Part shown: one piece after another, positions 1-10,559 of the stretch
Position numbering within the stretch: the first letter of the stretch is position 1
Layout of the letters: the number at the start of each line of letters is the position of its first letter
Position numbers and translations under genes: made by a program
Source of the DNA: a bacterium
Lineage (GTDB): Bacteria > SAR324 > NAC60-12
Length of the DNA: 64,000 nt
Assembly: GCA_965233585.1 (NCBI GenBank)
Contig: CBDDTI010000747.1
Coordinates: forward strand, 32,001 to 96,000
Reading direction: 5' to 3'
Notes under the pieces: generated by a model
Database searches by the model: none
Told to the model about the DNA's origin: nothing
The model's input: the letters and a program-made list of their open reading frames with translations, nothing else

Positions 1-2
1 AA

Positions 3-581
3 AAGACAGCATTGGTTGCCTTTAAAAACATTCGTAACAAAGGGTTGCGTGCTATCAATCTTGATGAAAATGACACGATGATTTCTGCTCAACTGACTGA
101 TGGCTCGCAAGAGATTTTTCTTTCTACAAGAAATGGGTTGGGCATTCGCTTCCCTGAAGACAACTTGCGTCCGATAGGAAGGGCATCACGCGGGGTGATG
201 GGAATTAGATTAAGGGAAGATGACCGTGTTTTGAGCATGAGTGCTTTGACACAGTCAGGGACCATTCTGACAGTTACAGAAAGGGGGGCAGGCAAACGGA
301 CGAATCTTGAAAATTTTACTTTGCAAAAAAGAGGAGGCAAAGGGTTGATGATTCTCAAATCTACTGCACGCACTGGCAAAGTGGTCGGGGCTTCAGAAGT
401 TGCACAAGACACAGAAATTTTGCTAATGACCAAAAGTGGGAAGTTGATTCGCATCAGTGCCTCTCAAATTAGTGTGATTGGCAGGGTTACGCAAGGAGTG
501 AAACTGATTGACATTGATAAAGATGACTGCGTCATAGATTTTGCAGTTGTTCCCAACGAGAATGACGAAGGAACACAGTGA
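3..581 (+). CDS. gyrA: DNA gyrase subunit A, C-terminal beta-pinwheel part (5'-truncated by window edge)
   Basis: Blade repeats such as GRASRGVMGIRL, QKRGGKG and GRVTQGVKLIDI; acidic tail; frame is open from the window start. Confidence 0.9.
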   Translation, partial: KTALVAFKNIRNKGLRAINLDENDTMISAQLTDGSQEIFLSTRNGLGIRFPEDNLRPIGRASRGVMGIRLREDDRVLSMSALTQSGTILTVTERGAGKRTNLENFTLQKRGGKGLMILKSTARTGKVVGASEVAQDTEILLMTKSGKLIRISASQISVIGRVTQGVKLIDIDKDDCVIDFAVVPNENDEGTQ

Positions 582-634
582 ACCAGACTCATTTGAGTTA
601 GTCAAAGACATATCCTATTTGAATCTTGATTGTT

Positions 635-895
635 ATGCCTTATGTTTCTATGTTCTTTGGGATTATTATCAGAATGTTTCACAACGATCATAACCCCCCT
701 CATTTTCACGCCATTTATCAAGGTCAAAGTGGCGTCTTTGATTTCAGTGGAAATATGATTAAGGGTCATTTAAGTTCAAAAAATGCTCAAAGATTAATCA
801 AGGAATGGGCTGGTTTACATCAAAAAGAGTTAGTAGAAAACTGGGAAAAAGCAACGCGTGGTCAGCCTATCAATAAAATTGCTCCTTTAAACTAA
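635..895 (+). CDS. DUF4160 family protein (putative toxin of TA-like pair)
   Basis: MPYVSMFFGIIIRMFHNDHNPPHFHAIY...W..LHQKELVENW is the typical DUF4160 signature; ATG at 635. Confidence 0.85.
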   Translation: MPYVSMFFGIIIRMFHNDHNPPHFHAIYQGQSGVFDFSGNMIKGHLSSKNAQRLIKEWAGLHQKELVENWEKATRGQPINKIAPLN

Positions 896-913
896 TTTTT
901 ATAAAGAATACTT

Positions 914-1144
914 ATGGAATATATGCCCCAAGTCGTTGACGCTGAATATTTACAAAATTATCAATTAAAAATTGTTTTTTCTAATGGTGTAGAAAAAGTA
1001 GTTGACTGCGAAAAGTGGCTCAAAGGAGAGATATTTGAGCCAGTAAGAAAGTTGGAATATTTTAAAAAATTTTTTGTAGATGGTTGGACAATCTCTTGGG
1101 AAAACGGAGCTGATATTGCTCCTGAAACTCTTTATTTAGACTAA
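914..1144 (+). CDS. DUF2442 family protein (putative antitoxin)
   Basis: Y.L.IVFSNG...GEIFEP...F.VD.WTISWENGADIAPETLY signature; directly follows DUF4160 gene. Confidence 0.85.
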   Translation: MEYMPQVVDAEYLQNYQLKIVFSNGVEKVVDCEKWLKGEIFEPVRKLEYFKKFFVDGWTISWENGADIAPETLYLD

Positions 1145-1151
1145 AAATCTA

Positions 1152-1181
1152 TTTTTGAAGACATGAAAACGTCTCAAAAAA
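1152..1181. terminator. Possible intrinsic terminator hairpin after the DUF4160/DUF2442 pair
   Basis: tttttgaagac-atgaaaac-gtctcaaaaa imperfect inverted repeat with one bulge. Confidence 0.35.
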
Positions 1182-1241
1182 TTCATGATACTCTTGGCAC
1201 TTAACTTACAAAAATCATAGCAATTTGATGATTGTTTCTTC

Positions 1242-1949
1242 ATGAAAATCACTGACCCTCTCAATTATGCTGGCAGAGATTTGGAGGCGATGACCTTTTC
1301 TGTCAATTATCACTATTGGATTTTTGAGCAAATCCAGCCGTATCTTGGGAAGAAGCTTTGTGAAGTGGGAGCAGGTTGTGGAAATTTTTCCCAAATTCTG
1401 GTGCAAAATGTAGAACACTTGACAGCTTTGGAGCCGTCAAATCAAATGTTCCCCTTGTTGCAAAAATATTTTGAGCATCATTCGCAAGTTGAAACGATTC
1501 ATTCTACTTTTGAGCAAAAACATCAAGACTTCAGTTGTGCATTTGACTCCATGGTTTATGTGAATGTGTTGGAACATATTGAAGATGATGAACAAGAGTT
1601 GTCATACATTCATAGTGCCTTAAAACAGAGGGGGCATGTTGTGATTTTTGTGCCTGCACTCTCTTTTTTGTATAGCGACTTGGATCAAGAGATTGGGCAT
1701 TTCAGAAGGTATCATTTAAAGCCATTGGTCAGACTAGTAGAACAGACAGGTTTTCGCATCAAAATTGCAAAATATTTTGACATACTGGGGATTTTACCTT
1801 GGTACATTGTTTTTGTTTTAATGAGGTCAAAGCAGAGTGCTACGAAAGTTAATTTGTATGACAAAATAGCCATTCCGATCGTTAAGAGATTAGAAAATTT
1901 GATCACACCTCCCATTGGGAAAAATATCCTGCTCATTGCCCAAAAATAA
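1242..1949 (+). CDS. Class I SAM-dependent methyltransferase
   Basis: EVGAGCG motif I, NVLEHIEDD, FVPA...GHFRRY. Confidence 0.85.
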   Translation: MKITDPLNYAGRDLEAMTFSVNYHYWIFEQIQPYLGKKLCEVGAGCGNFSQILVQNVEHLTALEPSNQMFPLLQKYFEHHSQVETIHSTFEQKHQDFSCAFDSMVYVNVLEHIEDDEQELSYIHSALKQRGHVVIFVPALSFLYSDLDQEIGHFRRYHLKPLVRLVEQTGFRIKIAKYFDILGILPWYIVFVLMRSKQSATKVNLYDKIAIPIVKRLENLITPPIGKNILLIAQK

Positions 1950-2007
1950 AGTTCATCAAGTGAATACTGATTGTTAAGACTCATTTTCATTTTCAAGCGG
2001 ATTTTTT

Positions 2008-4188
2008 ATGTTTTCTGTTGAACAAATTGATCGTGTGACTTCATGGCTGATTACTTTGACAGGTTGGTTGGTCATTTTGAGTGTTGTTGGAATTTTTGCC
2101 CTTTCGTTTCAAGTTGCGTTACCTTTGTTTTTGCCTGCCTCAATAGAACAAAGTTTTGAAAAACAAATCAAAACCTCTAAAAAAATTGTTGGAGTAGGTG
2201 TTGGAGATTATTTAGAAAACAGCTTTCTTTTGCAAGATAACGGCTCTTTGATTCTGTTTGAGAAGGAACAGCAAAACCAATATCAACTCACACCTCCCCA
2301 AGAAAATTTGACCATTCTGTCAGCCAAACTCTTATCCCAAAGTGTTTATCAGGTTCTCTGGAATGATGGAACTTTGACCCTTGAGCAAATCAGGTTTCAG
2401 CCTCAATTTACAGAAAAAGGTCGCATGATGACTTTGAAAGTAGAAAGATTGGGGAAATTTTCACTGACCTCAGATGCAAAAGTTGTGGGTTCTGGGATTT
2501 TTGGAGAAGAAGAATTGAAAAAAATTGCTGTTTCTGTCAATTCGCAAAATCAAATACAAGTGATGGTACAAACAGAGACAGAAGATTTTTTTGGAGAACG
2601 AACGATTGAAGAAGTGCAAATCAGTTTAAATCAGGTGTCAGGGAAGGAGGTGACAGCACTTGCTCTTGGGCAAGGAGGGGATTCACTTTTTGTAGGCACA
2701 AAATCAGGTCAGATGTTTCATTGGAGTCTTTCAGATATACAAACAGCAGAGTTTTTGGGAGAAGTTTCAACAGACTCCCAAAGTGCCATCAGCGCCATGG
2801 AATTTGCAATAGGTGGGATCTCATTGGTGGTGTCCCGTCAAGATGGCACATCTCAAGTTTATAGCAACTTTACCAACGATCAAGGTAGGCAGTGGGTTCA
2901 AATTCATCAACTCCCTCGCTTGGAAACCAGTGTTCAACAGCTGATTCCTGCCCCAAATAACAAGTCTATTTTTGTCAAAGATACTCAAGGTCGCATTCAT
3001 CTTTTTCATCTCACCACAGAACAAGAAGTGATTCAGTTTGGTAGCAATTTTGATTTTTTTATTCCTTCCAACAGAGGCAATGGCGGAGTTTCGTTTTCAA
3101 AAGGTCAGGTTCTGCAAATCTGGGAATTGGACAACCCCCACCCTGAAATCAGCTGGAAGGCATTGTTTGGTCAGATTTGGTATGAAGGCTATTCTGAACC
3201 AGAATATATTTGGCAATCTTCAGCGGCAAGTGATGATTTTGAGCCGAAGCTCAGCTTTATTCCATTACTGCTTGGGACTCTCAAAGGAGCATTTTATGCA
3301 ATTATTCTCGCCGCACCCATTGCTGTCTTTGGTGCCATTTATATCAGTCAGTTTGCCAAACCTGCTTTACGTAATGTGGTCAAACCTGTTGTAGAGATCA
3401 TGGCGGCGATGCCTTCTGTGATTGTGGGGCTTCTTGCTGCGCTTTGGCTTGCCCCCCTTTTGGAGTCATTTTTGATTGGTGCTGTCGTTGGCACGTTGTT
3501 GTCAGTCATTGGAATTTGGCTTTTTCTAATCTGCTGGGAAAAACTGAGTTGCCAATATCATTCACTGACGAAACTAGAAGGCGGTTGGGAGTTTGTCTTA
3601 CTGCTTCCCGTGCTATTGATTTGTTTTTATCTGGCAAATTTGCTTGCGCCATCAGTAGAATTACTGCTGTTTGGTGGCAATTTTAAGGAGTGGTTGTTTG
3701 CAGAATGGAAGACTCCTTACAGCCAACGCAATAGTATCATTGCAGGCTTTGCACTCGGATTTATGACAATTCCTATTATCTTCACCATTTCAGAAGATGC
3801 ACTTTCTAATGTGCCAACCAGTTTGAAAGCGGCATCGTATGCACTGGGTGCCAGTCGTTGGCAAACAGCAGCAAAGATTACATTTCCTGCAGCAATTTCA
3901 GGAGTGTTTGCCAGCATCATCATCGGTCTGGGACGTGCCATTGGTGAAACGATGGTGGTTTTGATGACAACAGGGAACACGCCTGTGACCAGTTGGAGCA
4001 TCTTTACTGGAATGCGAACGTTTTCTGCAAACATTGCTGTTGAATTACCTGAAGCCCCTGTGGACAGCACCTTGTATCGCTCCTTGTTTCTTTCTGCAAT
4101 TCTCTTATTTCTCATCACGTTTGTTCTCAACACCATTGCCGATGCTGTCAGGCAGCATTTTAGCAAACGTTACGGAACGATGAAGTAA
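2008..4188 (+). CDS. pstC: Phosphate ABC transporter permease PstC, long form with periplasmic beta-propeller-like domain
   Basis: IWYEGYSEPEYIWQSS, EIMAAMPSV, SEDALSNVP..LKAASYALGASRWQT, RAIGETM; followed by pstA and pstB. Confidence 0.9.
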   Translation: MFSVEQIDRVTSWLITLTGWLVILSVVGIFALSFQVALPLFLPASIEQSFEKQIKTSKKIVGVGVGDYLENSFLLQDNGSLILFEKEQQNQYQLTPPQENLTILSAKLLSQSVYQVLWNDGTLTLEQIRFQPQFTEKGRMMTLKVERLGKFSLTSDAKVVGSGIFGEEELKKIAVSVNSQNQIQVMVQTETEDFFGERTIEEVQISLNQVSGKEVTALALGQGGDSLFVGTKSGQMFHWSLSDIQTAEFLGEVSTDSQSAISAMEFAIGGISLVVSRQDGTSQVYSNFTNDQGRQWVQIHQLPRLETSVQQLIPAPNNKSIFVKDTQGRIHLFHLTTEQEVIQFGSNFDFFIPSNRGNGGVSFSKGQVLQIWELDNPHPEISWKALFGQIWYEGYSEPEYIWQSSAASDDFEPKLSFIPLLLGTLKGAFYAIILAAPIAVFGAIYISQFAKPALRNVVKPVVEIMAAMPSVIVGLLAALWLAPLLESFLIGAVVGTLLSVIGIWLFLICWEKLSCQYHSLTKLEGGWEFVLLLPVLLICFYLANLLAPSVELLLFGGNFKEWLFAEWKTPYSQRNSIIAGFALGFMTIPIIFTISEDALSNVPTSLKAASYALGASRWQTAAKITFPAAISGVFASIIIGLGRAIGETMVVLMTTGNTPVTSWSIFTGMRTFSANIAVELPEAPVDSTLYRSLFLSAILLFLITFVLNTIADAVRQHFSKRYGTMK

Positions 4189-4259
4189 TCCAAACTTTGC
4201 AATCATGGACTTCACTCAGAACAAAACAACTTAATTTTTATTAAATTAAACTAAACAAA

Positions 4260-5831
4260 ATGACAAACGCAGGAGAACGTTGGGTCTGGGTCAGTGCCTG
4301 TGCCTTGACGTTGATTTTATTTGCAACTATCACAGTCATTGGAATTATTTTTATAAGAGGAGGAAGCACGTTTTGGGTAGATGATCTGGCTTTGGTGAAG
4401 ATGCAAGACGTCCAGCCTGTGCTTGCAAAAATTCTTGCAGAAGATACGAATGTTGACACTGGAAACATTCAAGTCAACATGAAAGTTGGAAATCGTGAAC
4501 TTTATGGAATAGATTTTCGTTGGGTGAATCGTGATGACATTTTGGAGTTGTCCTATCCGAAAGAAGCGATTGTGATTGAACGTTACGAGTATGGTGATTT
4601 TCACGGATTCCTTAAAAAGATTCAATCGCCAGATCCATTGTCTGGAAGTGTTTGGCAGCAATTCCAACAAGCTCAAGAGAAGTTTCATTCCATCGGCTTA
4701 GAAGAGATAGAAGAAGAGATCACAGACTTAGTCACAAATTCCAGATTTATCAAACGTGAGCAAAAAAAACTCATCTATCAGGGGAAAGAGAATACTCCAG
4801 AAATGAAGAAGTTAGATGCTGAAGAAAAAGCATTCAAGCAAAAACTTCAAGAATTAGTGAAAAAGCAAACAAGTCTTTTGGAAAGTGCAGAACATTATCA
4901 GCTTGAGTTAGAAACAGCAGGTGGTCAACAAATTGTCGTGCCAATCACCCATGTTGTCAGGGCATACTATCCTAACCAACTTGGTATCTTTGGCAAGCTG
5001 TTGCATTATTTGGTGAAGGTGAGAGAACTCTTGTTAGATGCACCCCGTGAATCTAACACAGAAGGGGGCTTATACCCTGCCATCTTTGGCACAGTCACTC
5101 TGGTCATGGTGATGAGTATTTTTGCTTTCCCACTTGGAGTGATTGCTGCAATCTATTTAAGAGAATATGCCAAAAGTGGCTTGACTGTGAGGTTGATTCG
5201 GTTGGCAGTGAATAATCTGGCGGGGATTCCTTCTATTGTTTATGGAGTGTTTGGGCTGGGTTTTTTTGTCTATGGTGTTGGCGGGGTGATTGACCGCACT
5301 TTTTTTCCTGAATTTTTACCAACTCCTACCTTTGGATCTGGCGGAGTGCTTTGGGCAAGTTTAACGCTTTCTTTGTTGACTTTGCCTGTCGTGATTGTCG
5401 CAGCAGAGGAGGCAATCGGTGCAGTTCCTGAAGAAATCAAAGAGGCGTCTCTTGCATTGGGAGCGACCAAATGGCAGACTTTGTGGCGTATCATTATTCC
5501 AATGTCTTCACCGGGCATTATGACAGGATTCATTCTTGCCATGTCCCGAGCTGCGGGAGAAGTTGCACCCTTGATGATTACTGGTGTCGTGAAATTAGCC
5601 CCATCTGTTCCCATTGATTCTGAATTTCCTTATATTCATCTTGAACGAAAGTTTATGCACTTGGGCTTTCATATCTTTGATGTAGGATTCCAGTCTCCTA
5701 ATATTGAAGCGGCAAAGCCTATGGTTTTTGTAACCACTCTGCTTTTACTTTTGATTGTCTTGCTCTTGAGTGGGTCTGCAATCTATCTGCGAGCTTTTAT
5801 GAAAAAACGATACACTCTCAAAGCATTTTAA
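4260..5831 (+). CDS. pstA: Phosphate ABC transporter permease PstA, long form
   Basis: PRESNTEGGLYPAIFGT, NNLAGIPSIVYG, EASLALGATKWQT, RAAGEVAP. Confidence 0.92.
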   Translation: MTNAGERWVWVSACALTLILFATITVIGIIFIRGGSTFWVDDLALVKMQDVQPVLAKILAEDTNVDTGNIQVNMKVGNRELYGIDFRWVNRDDILELSYPKEAIVIERYEYGDFHGFLKKIQSPDPLSGSVWQQFQQAQEKFHSIGLEEIEEEITDLVTNSRFIKREQKKLIYQGKENTPEMKKLDAEEKAFKQKLQELVKKQTSLLESAEHYQLELETAGGQQIVVPITHVVRAYYPNQLGIFGKLLHYLVKVRELLLDAPRESNTEGGLYPAIFGTVTLVMVMSIFAFPLGVIAAIYLREYAKSGLTVRLIRLAVNNLAGIPSIVYGVFGLGFFVYGVGGVIDRTFFPEFLPTPTFGSGGVLWASLTLSLLTLPVVIVAAEEAIGAVPEEIKEASLALGATKWQTLWRIIIPMSSPGIMTGFILAMSRAAGEVAPLMITGVVKLAPSVPIDSEFPYIHLERKFMHLGFHIFDVGFQSPNIEAAKPMVFVTTLLLLLIVLLLSGSAIYLRAFMKKRYTLKAF

Positions 5832-5858
5832 GATTTTAAAACACAATTTTTTAAGAGA

Positions 5859-6647
5859 ATGACAACACCAATAGACAGCCAGAACACAGGCTTTCAAACT
5901 CTCATTTCTACATCAGCTTTGGATTTATTTTATGGAGAGTCTCAAGCATTGTTCAAAATTGATTTGAATTGTCCCAAAGATCAGGTGACGGCATTGATTG
6001 GTCCTTCAGGTTGTGGGAAGTCCACCTTTTTAAGGTGTATCAATCGTATGAATGATTTGATTGACAATGTCAGGGTTGACGGAAGTATCAAACTAGATGG
6101 GTTGGAGGTCAATGATCCCAAGCTGAATGTGATTCAACTCCGCCGTAAAATTGGCATGGTTTTTCAAAAATATACGCCATTTCCCAAAAGCATTTATGAA
6201 AATGTCATTTATGGTCTGCGTATTGCGGGAGTGAAGGACAAGAGCAAGCTGGACGAAACGGCTGAAAAAAGTCTGCAAAATGCTGCGCTTTGGAACGAAG
6301 TCAAAGACAGACTTCATTCTTCTGCATTGGGTCTTTCAGGTGGGCAGATGCAGAGGCTTTGTATTGCCAGAGCATTGGCTGTCAACCCTAGTGTCATTTT
6401 AATGGACGAACCTTGCTCAGCGCTTGACCCTATTTCTACCTCCAGAATTGAAGAACTCATTTTGCAACTCAAAGGTCAGTACACGATTGTCATTGTCACA
6501 CACAACATGCAGCAAGCCTCTCGTATTTCAGATTACACCGCCTTTTTTTATCAAGGTTATCTTGTAGAATTTGGGCAGACTAGCCTCCTCTTCACCAAAC
6601 CTGAAAAAAAGGAAACTGAAGACTATATCACAGGACGTTTTGGGTAA
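5859..6647 (+). CDS. pstB: Phosphate ABC transporter ATP-binding protein
   Basis: [39 protein letters not shown]-terminal YITGRFG. Confidence 0.96.
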   Translation: MTTPIDSQNTGFQTLISTSALDLFYGESQALFKIDLNCPKDQVTALIGPSGCGKSTFLRCINRMNDLIDNVRVDGSIKLDGLEVNDPKLNVIQLRRKIGMVFQKYTPFPKSIYENVIYGLRIAGVKDKSKLDETAEKSLQNAALWNEVKDRLHSSALGLSGGQMQRLCIARALAVNPSVILMDEPCSALDPISTSRIEELILQLKGQYTIVIVTHNMQQASRISDYTAFFYQGYLVEFGQTSLLFTKPEKKETEDYITGRFG

Positions 6648-6708
6648 TGAGTCCTGACTATCAAATGAAGAAATGAGAAGAAGTGATGAGAATGATGAAG
6701 TTTGGATT

Positions 6709-7593
6709 TTAAAAAATGCTTTCTTCCGATTGTAGAATAGATTGGTCCCGCCACTGCTTCGCCTGCCTAAATCGTTCAATTAGTTTGTTAAAATCTTGAT
6801 TTTTAATGTCTTCTTCAAGACTGTCAATCAGTTGACGGAAGTTTTGCAACACACCTAAAAACTCTGGATTGCTCAAAAAAATGTCTGCCCACATTCTGGG
6901 TTCAGATGAAGCGATTCTTGAGAAATCTCGCAGACCTGCACCAAGCCGTTGTAGGTATTCATCTCCTCCATGAGTACCAATCAGTTCAATAGAGCTGTAT
7001 GCCAATAAATGAGGTAGATGACTGACATATCCAAACAACAAGTCATGCTTCTCAGGCTCCATTCTTTCAATCAATGCTCCAAAGTTCCGCCAAATGTCTT
7101 CAATAAGCAACATGGCGTCGGTGTCTGTTGTGGCATCTGGAGTTAGCACAAATCGTTTTTTCCAAAACAGGTCACGCTTTGCGGCAAGGGGTCCAAATTT
7201 TTCTGCACCAGAAATGGGATGTCCTCCAACAAAGCGAATACTTCTATACTCTTCTTTTTGGAAAAGCTGTAAGATTGGCATTTTGATACTGGAGGTATCT
7301 GTCACAACAACTTGGGGAGAAAGAAAGGGAGCGATTTGGGCAAGCACAGATTCAAGGGAGCGTGGGGGAACAGCTAAGACAACAAGGTCAGCATCAGATA
7401 AATGCTTGTCATATTGCGATTTTGCATCATGGACAATTTTGGCTTGAAGTGCCTGCCTGATGTGTTGTTCTGATGTGTCATAACCAAAGACAAACTTTGC
7501 CAACTGCCGTTCTTTTAACTCAAGGGCAATGGAGCCTCCAATCAACCCTAAGCCGATGATGACAGCATGGTCAATCAGAGGGACTTGGCTCAT
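6709..7593 (-). CDS. tyrA: Prephenate/arogenate dehydrogenase
   Basis: GLGLIGGS Rossmann motif, GHPISG, HD....VSHLPH, RIASSEPRMWADI. Confidence 0.9.
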   Translation of the reverse strand: MSQVPLIDHAVIIGLGLIGGSIALELKERQLAKFVFGYDTSEQHIRQALQAKIVHDAKSQYDKHLSDADLVVLAVPPRSLESVLAQIAPFLSPQVVVTDTSSIKMPILQLFQKEEYRSIRFVGGHPISGAEKFGPLAAKRDLFWKKRFVLTPDATTDTDAMLLIEDIWRNFGALIERMEPEKHDLLFGYVSHLPHLLAYSSIELIGTHGGDEYLQRLGAGLRDFSRIASSEPRMWADIFLSNPEFLGVLQNFRQLIDSLEEDIKNQDFNKLIERFRQAKQWRDQSILQSEESIF

Positions 7594-10106
7594 GGTTGTT
7601 CCTCTTTCTCTGGTGCGTGAAAAGTTGTTTTAAAAAACCTTTGTTGCAAGACAAGCAAAGGACTTGCAATGTAAATGGAAGAATACGTCCCAACTAAAAC
7701 ACCGATAAGCAAAGCCGCAGAAAACTGATGCAAGATTTCCCCACCAAAAAAGAACAAAGCTAAAACGACTAAAAGTGTTGTAACGGACGTCAACATGGTT
7801 CTGCCTAGTGTTTCATTGAGACTTTGATTAATCGTTTCCAGCAGTGTTCGGTTCCGATAACGTCCCAAATTTTCACGGATTCGGTCAAAAACGACAATCG
7901 TATCATTGAGAGAATAACCAATCACAGTCAAGACAGAAGCAACAATGGACAAAGAGATTTCAAAATCAAAAAAAGAAAACATTGCCAAAATGAACAGCAC
8001 GTCATGTGAAAGCGTGATGATAGAACTCAAGCCAAAATTCCAATGAAAACGAAAAGAAATGTACACTAAAATCATGGCAAGTGTAATCAAGATGGCATAG
8101 ACTGCGGACTCTTTCAGAGCTTCTCCCACACGGGGTCCAATCATTTCTAACCGTCTGATTTCAAAGTCAGTGTTTGGTAGAATCTCTTGCAACTGTACTG
8201 TAAGGTCAGAAGACCCTACGCTTTTTCCCACTTGAATCAAAGAACTGTCCACAGGCACAGAGATTAAAACTTCACGCCCTCCATCTTCTCCGTATGTTTG
8301 CAGTGAAAAAGATCCTATGTTGCCATCACTCAACTGCTGGCGGAGCTTCTCTAAATCTGGTTGATTAGCAAATTGAATTTGAATGTTGGCACCTCCCCTA
8401 AAATCTACTCCATACTTCAAACCACCTTTGACAATAATAGAGGTCACGCCTGCCAGTAACACAACCACTGAAAAAACCAGTGCTATTTTTTGCTTACTTA
8501 AAAAATCAATGAAAATTTTAGAGGAAATCCACCTGACTCCCAGACTAATTGATTTGATACGTTGCCTTCTCAAATAGACCAGCTCAAACATGAAACGAGT
8601 GACAAAGATTGCTGTAAACATGCTCACAAGAATCCCAGTTGCCAAAGTAACAGCGAACCCTTTGATGGGACCTGACCCAAATTGCATCAACACCAAAGCA
8701 CTAAAAAGAGTGGTCAAGTTGGCATCTAGTATGGCACTAAATGCTTTGGAGAATCCTTCTGTCACTGCTTCTCTTGGGTGGGATTTTTTAGAGAGTTCTT
8801 CGCGTATTCTTTCAAAAATCAAGACGTTTGCGTCAACTGCCATGCCAATAGTCAGGACAATCCCAGCAACGCCGGGCAGTGTTAAAGTGGCTTCCAGCGC
8901 AGACAAGATAGAGAGAATCAGTAAGATGTTCAGACTCAACGACACATTGGCAAAGACCCCGGACAAACGGTAGTAGCCAAACATCATCACGATGACCAGA
9001 CCACCTCCCAACAATAGTGACATCAAACCATCTTGTACAGAGTCTTCTCCAAGACTTGCACCCACAGTCTGCTCTTCTCTAATCTGGATTGGTGCTTTAA
9101 GCGAACCAGAACGCAAAACTAATGCAAGGTCACTAGCTTCTTTGATAGTAAATAGCCCGGAAATTGAGGCTTGCCCTCCTGTGATGGCTTCACGAATGAC
9201 AGGGGAAGAACGAACTTTGTCATCTAGTACGATGGCAAGCCTTCTACCCACGTGACGTTGAGTGAGTTTGGCAAATTTATCAGACCCCGCAGAATTGAAT
9301 TGAATTGAAACATAGGGAGTGTTGTCGTTGTGGTCAAACAGGACTTGTGCATCATTCACAAATTCACCTCCCATTTCTGGAATCCGTTTTAAAACAATAG
9401 GGGTTCTGCCAATGACCCTGCCAGTTTGGGGATTGATTTGCTCTTCATATCTGACAATAGTTGAATTAAGGTTGCGCGAGCTGTCTGTTGTATTCTCACT
9501 CACTAAGTGAAACTTCAGAACGGCTTGCGTACCGATTGCGGCAATGGCACGGCTCCGATCAGTCACTCCCGGTAATTGAATGATGATGCTGTTTTCTCCT
9601 TGCCTCTGAATAGAAGGTTCACTGACACCTAACCCATCAATGCGGTTGCGAAGGACTTCTAAGGTTTGGTCTACTGTTTCAGTACGGAAACGTTCCTCTC
9701 TTTCTGAAGTTAATGCGAACTCAACAACATTGTCATTTTGTGTAGAATCATAGTTTTGCAAAATCCTATCATAAGGAGCCACAGTGAAATCTATTTGCTC
9801 GCTTGCTTCAAGCTCCAAGTAGATTGTATTGGCTTCAATGTCCAAACCAAGATAGCCTGCACCTTGTTGTAAAAGAGCATCTTCCAAGTCATTGGCAGTG
9901 TTTTGCAAAAGATCGTTGAGTGCCTTGTCTAAATCAACGCCAAGGTCAAGATACATGCCTCCCTGAAGGTCTAATCCCAGATTGATTTTTCCAGCAACAG
10001 ATTCAGGTTGGCTTGCTTGAAAATAGGCTTGGTAAGAGGGGAATGCAAAGTAAAGAGCCGTTGCAATAATCAGAGAGATGAATACTCCTTTGAATTGTAA
10101 TTCCAT
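7590..10106 (-). CDS. secDF: Fused protein translocase subunit SecDF
   Basis: LGLDLQGG, GMAVDANVLIFERIREE (SecD); GVDFRGG, GYSLNDTIVVFDRIRE (SecF) in one ORF. Confidence 0.95.
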   Translation of the reverse strand: MELQFKGVFISLIIATALYFAFPSYQAYFQASQPESVAGKINLGLDLQGGMYLDLGVDLDKALNDLLQNTANDLEDALLQQGAGYLGLDIEANTIYLELEASEQIDFTVAPYDRILQNYDSTQNDNVVEFALTSEREERFRTETVDQTLEVLRNRIDGLGVSEPSIQRQGENSIIIQLPGVTDRSRAIAAIGTQAVLKFHLVSENTTDSSRNLNSTIVRYEEQINPQTGRVIGRTPIVLKRIPEMGGEFVNDAQVLFDHNDNTPYVSIQFNSAGSDKFAKLTQRHVGRRLAIVLDDKVRSSPVIREAITGGQASISGLFTIKEASDLALVLRSGSLKAPIQIREEQTVGASLGEDSVQDGLMSLLLGGGLVIVMMFGYYRLSGVFANVSLSLNILLILSILSALEATLTLPGVAGIVLTIGMAVDANVLIFERIREELSKKSHPREAVTEGFSKAFSAILDANLTTLFSALVLMQFGSGPIKGFAVTLATGILVSMFTAIFVTRFMFELVYLRRQRIKSISLGVRWISSKIFIDFLSKQKIALVFSVVVLLAGVTSIIVKGGLKYGVDFRGGANIQIQFANQPDLEKLRQQLSDGNIGSFSLQTYGEDGGREVLISVPVDSSLIQVGKSVGSSDLTVQLQEILPNTDFEIRRLEMIGPRVGEALKESAVYAILITLAMILVYISFRFHWNFGLSSIITLSHDVLFILAMFSFFDFEISLSIVASVLTVIGYSLNDTIVVFDRIRENLGRYRNRTLLETINQSLNETLGRTMLTSVTTLLVVLALFFFGGEILHQFSAALLIGVLVGTYSSIYIASPLLVLQQRFFKTTFHAPEKEEQP

Positions 10107-10142
10107 AATTGAAAGTGCGAATGCTGGAGATAAGAAAGGAGT

Positions 10143-10493
10143 TTACTTTTTGTCAGATTCAGACTGGTCTTTGGCTTCGTCAACAATGACACGTGCGATT
10201 AAAGCACGTTCTTGCTCTATTTTAATTTTATCTGCAATTTCTAGTGTGATGGAATTTTCATGGAGTTTTTGGATTGTGCCGTAAATTCCTGCAGTGGTGA
10301 CTACACGGTCTCCTTTTTTGAGTCCGTTAATCATGGCTTGGTGCAGTTTTTGCTTCTTCTGCTGTGGGCGAATGAGAAGAAAGTAAAAGATGACAAACAC
10401 CAGCAGGAACGGTGCGATTTGCATCAAGAGGGAAGAGGAAGAAGATGCGGCAGAGGCTGTTTGTGCAAAAACATCAGAAGCGAAAAGATTCAT
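10143..10493 (-). CDS. yajC: Preprotein translocase subunit YajC
   Basis: FYFLLIRPQQKK...LKKGDRVVTTAGIYG; upstream of secDF. Confidence 0.95.
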   Translation of the reverse strand: MNLFASDVFAQTASAASSSSSLLMQIAPFLLVFVIFYFLLIRPQQKKQKLHQAMINGLKKGDRVVTTAGIYGTIQKLHENSITLEIADKIKIEQERALIARVIVDEAKDQSESDKK

Positions 10494-10546
10494 AGAGTAT
10501 CCTTAATTGATAGTGGAAAAATAATAAACGAAGAATTAGGTAAACC

Positions 10547-10559
10547 TGATATAATATCA
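10547..10559. promoter_or_regulatory. Palindromic extended -10 element between divergent yajC and 10615 gene
   Basis: tgatataatatca reads TGaTATAAT on + and TGaTATTAT on -. Confidence 0.4.

Noticed and set aside
7590..10106. SecD-SecF fusion as a novelty
   Set aside because: Fused SecDF is common in many bacterial phyla
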